Of a stretch of DNA of 64,000 nt, positions 57,541-64,000 are shown piece after piece. Each line of letters starts with the position of its first letter. Position 1 is the stretch's first letter. This stretch comes from the human T2T-CHM13v2.0 reference genome, Homo sapiens. The position numbers and the translations under genes were made by a program. The notes under the pieces are model-generated. The model saw only the letters and a list, made by a program, of their open reading frames with translations. It searched no databases and was not told the origin of the DNA. Where the stretch lies: NCBI RefSeq assembly GCF_009914755.1, contig NC_060926.1, one strand, 5' to 3'.

Positions 57541-58759
57541 TAACATATAAGAATCTATAATCAGCTGATACTATCCACCACCAACGGTAAGATCAGAATT
57601 TTGTTTTCACATCTGCACTCTTTGGAGAAAATTACAACACTTTTTAAAAATTGAGTATGCTTGTTCCCTCAACACTGCTGTCTAAGCTTCTTGAGACATG
57701 AAAAAGTAAATTATAACCAAGATGATAACACCTTACTGGCTTGATGAGGAATCTGGGGTCCAGCAACAAAACAGAACAACTTCAAAGTCATCAAGATAAA
57801 TCTTGCTCAAAAAGTTGACAAAATCTGGAATCAATAGCTACAGTTTCAATTCCAAGTTCTAAGTTAGGCATTCAGCTATGAAAGTTAAAGCAATGATATG
57901 ACACTTATTTTCTTCCAACTTGAAGTATCTGCTTGAACAGATACTAAAAAAAGAAGGTCCAAAAGAAATATCAACCTAACAGCATATATATTCTGTAAGA
58001 TGACATTAAGAATCTATACAAACTTCATTAGCAGCACAGGCACTGTGCTGCTAAGGGTGATTACAAGACCCTTAAAAAATAAAGAACATGTAAAAAAAAA
58101 ATTATGCTGGAAGATATCCCAAAAAGAGATCCATTCTTATCCTCTCCTTTCCCTAAAAAGAGGTTTAAAGTAATGAAATTAATTATCTAAGGTTAGCAAG
58201 TTATCTTCAGGTCCCTAATAATGCTCTTTCCCTATATAACCCAATCAAAGTCACCTTCCTTTTGTCATACTAAAAACAAGACATGGAATGAAGAAAAAAA
58301 TACTTAAATGTAGAAATCAAGAACTGTTCATTATGTATTTTACTCTATATGGCAAACCGAATAGTAAGTCAAAGGGCTTCCTCTAATAGAAAGTACCTTC
58401 CTCTACTATTAAACATCAAAGGCAAATTCAAGCTCCTCATTTTTCAGAATCCACAAGTACACATACAAATATATATTACTTACAACAATCATAAAAATGA
58501 TGATAAAGGAAAATAAAAGAAATTAAAAAGCATTATTGCATATAGAAGATGTGTACTATTTTATGCAAATAGTTAACAAAATTATTAAAATTTGAACCAA
58601 GATTTACTTTTATTAATCTTTTACTTAATGAAATAGCAAGAGTCATGATATTCTATTGGCCAAACCATAGGACTGAGACACTGACTGGTATCACTTTAAA
58701 TTAATGACCCAAATGGGTCCTTATTACTACCCTTAATACTTCCCTAGGCCGTTCATTAT

Positions 58760-59500
58760 GCCTTTCTCCTAGCAGACTATTTCACAGCACATCTTCACAC
58801 TCTGCTGATGACCGTGCCTCCCAATTCACTGAGAAAACTGAAGCAATCAGAAAAAAACTTCCCCAGACTCTCCACATCCTAATCACCAAAGATGTCCACC
58901 CATCAGCATGTGTGCCAACAATATTCTGTCTTCTCTCTGTTGTCACAGATGAACTAGCCAGCTCCTATCTAAAGTCATTCACACCACTTTTACGCTAAAT
59001 CCTATCACTTTTTGCCTATTGAGGACATCTCTCAATTTCACATAAAAATTCCCTTTTCTACTAGATATTTCTTCCATCTTGAAAACAATGAAACACATTA
59101 TCTTGCCCCTGCTTCCTTCAATATCATATCACCTAAATTATTTGCTTCCCTTTGCAGAAAAACTCTTTTTAAAACATATCTATATTCACTCCCTCCAATT
59201 CCTTCCCATTTTCTCTTGAACTAACACACTCCAATTAAGCTTTTGCACCCACTACTAACTGAAACTGTTCTCATCAGATTCACTGACGACCTACATCATG
59301 ATAAATACAATGACGAATTTTCTGTGCTTAGCTGAATGGACTTAGCAACACGTGACATGGTTAATCACACCCTCCTCATTGATACATTTTCTTCACTTGG
59401 CTACCAGAACACCCCACTCTCTTTAGTTTTCCTCTTACCTTACTGACTGCTCTGTAAGAGAGAAGACTTGGTAATCTCATCTAGTCTCGGGACCTTAAAA
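58760..59500 (+). mobile_element. L2 internal fragment
   Basis: ttcactgagaaaactgaagcaatcaga...ccactactaactgaaactgttctc...ttcttcacttggct. Confidence 0.65.
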
Positions 59501-59644
59501 ACTATTTAAGGGAAAAAGGTAAACAGCCAGCATAGGCCTTTCCACAGACCCAGGCTTGAGAAGAATGACTTAGATTTCAGTCTCACAAAACTGTTTCCTC
59601 GAAATGTTAGAAAGGGAAAGTTAATGTGGAAAACGATGTTCAAG

Positions 59645-59877
59645 ATCCATGCTGTGCAATATAGTAAGCCATGAGCCACATAATGCCATTTTATTTAAAT
59701 TTTAAATTAACTAAGACTAAATAAAATTTAAAATGCAGTTCTTTAGTTACACTAGCCACATTTTAAGTGCTCAATAGCCACATACGGCTAGTGTCTACCA
59801 AAATGCACGCTGCTCGAAGAACAATGCCAAAATAGAACGTTTCCATCATCACAGAAAATTCTATTAGACAGTGCTGT
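59645..59877. mobile_element. MER33/MER3-like hAT element
   Basis: ctagccacattttaagtgctcaatagccacat...gaaaattctattagacagtgctg. Confidence 0.75.
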
Positions 59878-61150
59878 TCTAAACCTTGTTTACTGTTAAA
59901 CCCTTGATTTGTGTGAACTGAACCTGGACTGTAAGGGCTGTGATTGGCATATAGACTCTGAGGCCTACTTAGCTAAGATAGTACAGAAGACAAATGGGAA
60001 ATCAAGGAAATGGCTTTCCTGTGCTGTGTCTCAGAACTAAGCACATTTCCCCATGTACTGAAGAGTATAAAAGCTGTGCTTGGACTGTTGTTAGATGTCC
60101 CAAACAAAAAAGCTGATGCTTCCCCATGTGGAAGTAGACTGTACCTACTTCAGCCCTATCTACTACAAATAAACACACCAATATGCACTGATACATTCCT
60201 GAAGGCTGCACTTGGGCAATGAAAATAATGCTGTATATGCTATGTTTCCTGTCCTGACAAAGCTAAATAACCTGGTGCCAATTTAAAGCCTGTAAATTGA
60301 ATTGTCAATCCAAATCTGAGTCAACTACTGGTGACTGTGGAGACTGATGTCAAACTGAGGTATGAACTGCTCTACACAGGGAAGCCATTGCCTTTGTTTC
60401 TCTATGGTCTTCCATACAGTCCGAATCACTTAAGACTTTCACAACTAGGTATGTAAACCAGGCATTTCACATAGAGGTCCAAAAACAAAGCTATACATAT
60501 TCACATACAGTACCTCCTTTGCATGTATCTCTTCCTCTCAAATTTGAGTTTCTAATGAAAAGCCAGTCAGATTATACTAGTCAAACCAAGAATAATATTA
60601 AAAGTTTGAAGTTGAATTGGGAAAAAAAAAATTTGTATATCATATAACATTTACAGAATCAATGATAAACATTACCCTGTATTATTAGTACATTCTTTTA
60701 AAAAAACTTTATACCATAATGAATAAAGTTTGTTGCTTTTAATTAAATATAGCAATTTCTATGAAAATTCAGGTACTGAGTCCTTATTCATAAACCCACT
60801 AATACTCTATAAAAACATTATTTTATGAGAATAAAGTTACTTTGGCTAACTAGGGACACAGAAACTGCCATACAGGACAATTACTACAATCTGGAGAACT
60901 AAAGCACAAGTAAGCATCTACAGTGATCTATCAAGAGCTTTCCTCTTGCTGCCTAAAAATCACAAACTTTCTTATAATTGTTAATAGAAAAAAACTGTTC
61001 CATAATTACATAGGTTTTTAAAGCATTAGATAAGATATCCTTAAGCAGAAAATCTGAACAATGAAAATTCATAAAATATCACCCTCAGAACATATGCCTT
61101 ATAGTAGAATTACATATAAATGTTAACATATTGAAAACAAAAACTCTTAC

Positions 61151-61310
61151 CTTTTGATCAGGCAGGTTGAAGAGGAATTCTCTGTCAAAACGACCAGGTC
61201 TCCTGAGTGCAGGATCTATAGAGTCAAGTCTGTTTGTAGCACCAATAACAACAATTTCACCCCTATTATCTAATCCATCCATAAGAGCAAGGAGGGTTGA
61301 TACTATAGAG
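61151..61310 (-). CDS. ATAD2B: ATAD2B coding exon: AAA1 second region of homology ([53 protein letters not shown])
   Basis: tattttacag acceptor, AAG|gtaaga donor; 160 nt; AAA sensor-1/arginine-finger motif [20 protein letters not shown]. Confidence 0.97.
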
Positions 61311-61321
61311 CTGTAAAATAA

Positions 61322-61717
<396 letters not shown>

Positions 61718-61829
61718 TAACTGTAGCATGATTATATTTTAATGCAGGATCAAGTGATTTACAAAAATTATTTTCAAAGGCATTCAGAAAATATAGTAGA
61801 CACCTAAACCTTGGCAACCAAAAAAAAAA

Positions 61830-63182
<1,353 letters not shown>

Positions 63183-63202
63183 TGAGTGAACTGTACAGCT
63201 CT

Positions 63203-64000
63203 TATTATGGGGTCCTTGTCAGGGTCGCTTTTCTGGCTGGAAACCTCTGTGGCTGGTAGTGCCTCTGCCTCAGTTTTGCTTAGACCTGCTGGGCTCATTC
63301 CACCCACTCGACCTGACTGCGCTCGGCTCACACTACCAGCCTGTATCCCATGCCTGCCAGGGGCAAGCCAGGCATGGGGCAGCAAGGGGTGTTTGAGAGA
63401 GCAAGTGTGAGGTCCAGCCACTGCACACAGTCTGGCATGCCGGCTGCTGCACCGGGGCGGGCAGCTCCAGGTGTTGGCACAGGTGCTGGCTCTCTGTGAG
63501 GCTGTGGCTGGACCAGGCACACTGCAAGCAGCTTCCACGGCTGCCACTGGGGAACGTGGTGGTGCCTGGAAGCTTGGAGACTCCAGGAACTGCAGGGCTC
63601 CAAAGTCACAGCCCTGGCTCAGGGAGCTCCCAGGTCTGGGCTCCCTGAAGGGCTGCAGCTCTTCTCTCCTCTTCACCCACAAAATGGCAAGCAAGGGGCA
63701 TGTTTCAGCCCTGTTTGTATTATAGCTCTTTCAGCCCTGCCATCTGACAGGTCCCGAGTTCTTGTCCTGAGTCCAGGAAGAACAAGATATGCAGACAAGT
63801 GGAGGGTGAGCAAGGCGAAGAAGAGCTTTATTGAGTGACAGAATAGCTCAGAGGAGATCCTGGAGTGGGCAGCTCCTCTCTACAGGCAGGTCGTCATGTT
63901 GAGTGTTGTTCAGCTCTCAGCAGAGAGGAGGTCCTGGAGTGGGTAGCTCCTCTCTGCAGCTGGTCATCCTGACATCTGCAGCTCTCAGCAGAGAGGTGGC
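63203..64000 (-). mobile_element. GC-rich ERV1 LTR (MER52/LTR1-group-like), runs off the window
   Basis: minus-strand 3' end ccagccacagaggtttcc...aaggacccc; AATAAA on minus at 63827-63832; repeated cagctctcagcagagagg. Confidence 0.75.

Overview
Primate (human-like) genomic DNA, AT-rich and dense in Alu, L1, L2, MIR, LTR and DNA-transposon relics. It is the interior of ATAD2B (AAA+ ATPase/bromodomain chromatin factor) on the minus strand. Nine GT-AG coding exons (61310 down to 9955, 1565 nt in total) splice into one continuous frame. That frame runs from the C-terminal part of AAA1 through the degenerate AAA2 module into the bromodomain. Neither end of the gene is in the window, and I found no RNA gene, CRISPR array or prokaryotic system. 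The most interesting signal is a set of exon-like units in repeat-poor intron segments: 54-nt and 63-nt cassettes with in-frame stops, a 76-nt frameshifting cassette and a 12-nt in-frame microexon. Several have nearby complementary sequence that could bury them in RNA structure, suggesting structure-gated unproductive splicing. Also noted: a weak donor with a read-through stop that would truncate the bromodomain, three poly(A)-only retro-insertions with target-site duplications (TSDs), a template-switch palindrome, and an 18-bp templated insertion in a TA array. Exon boundaries were read to the base. Repeat boundaries and subfamily names are by eye and approximate.
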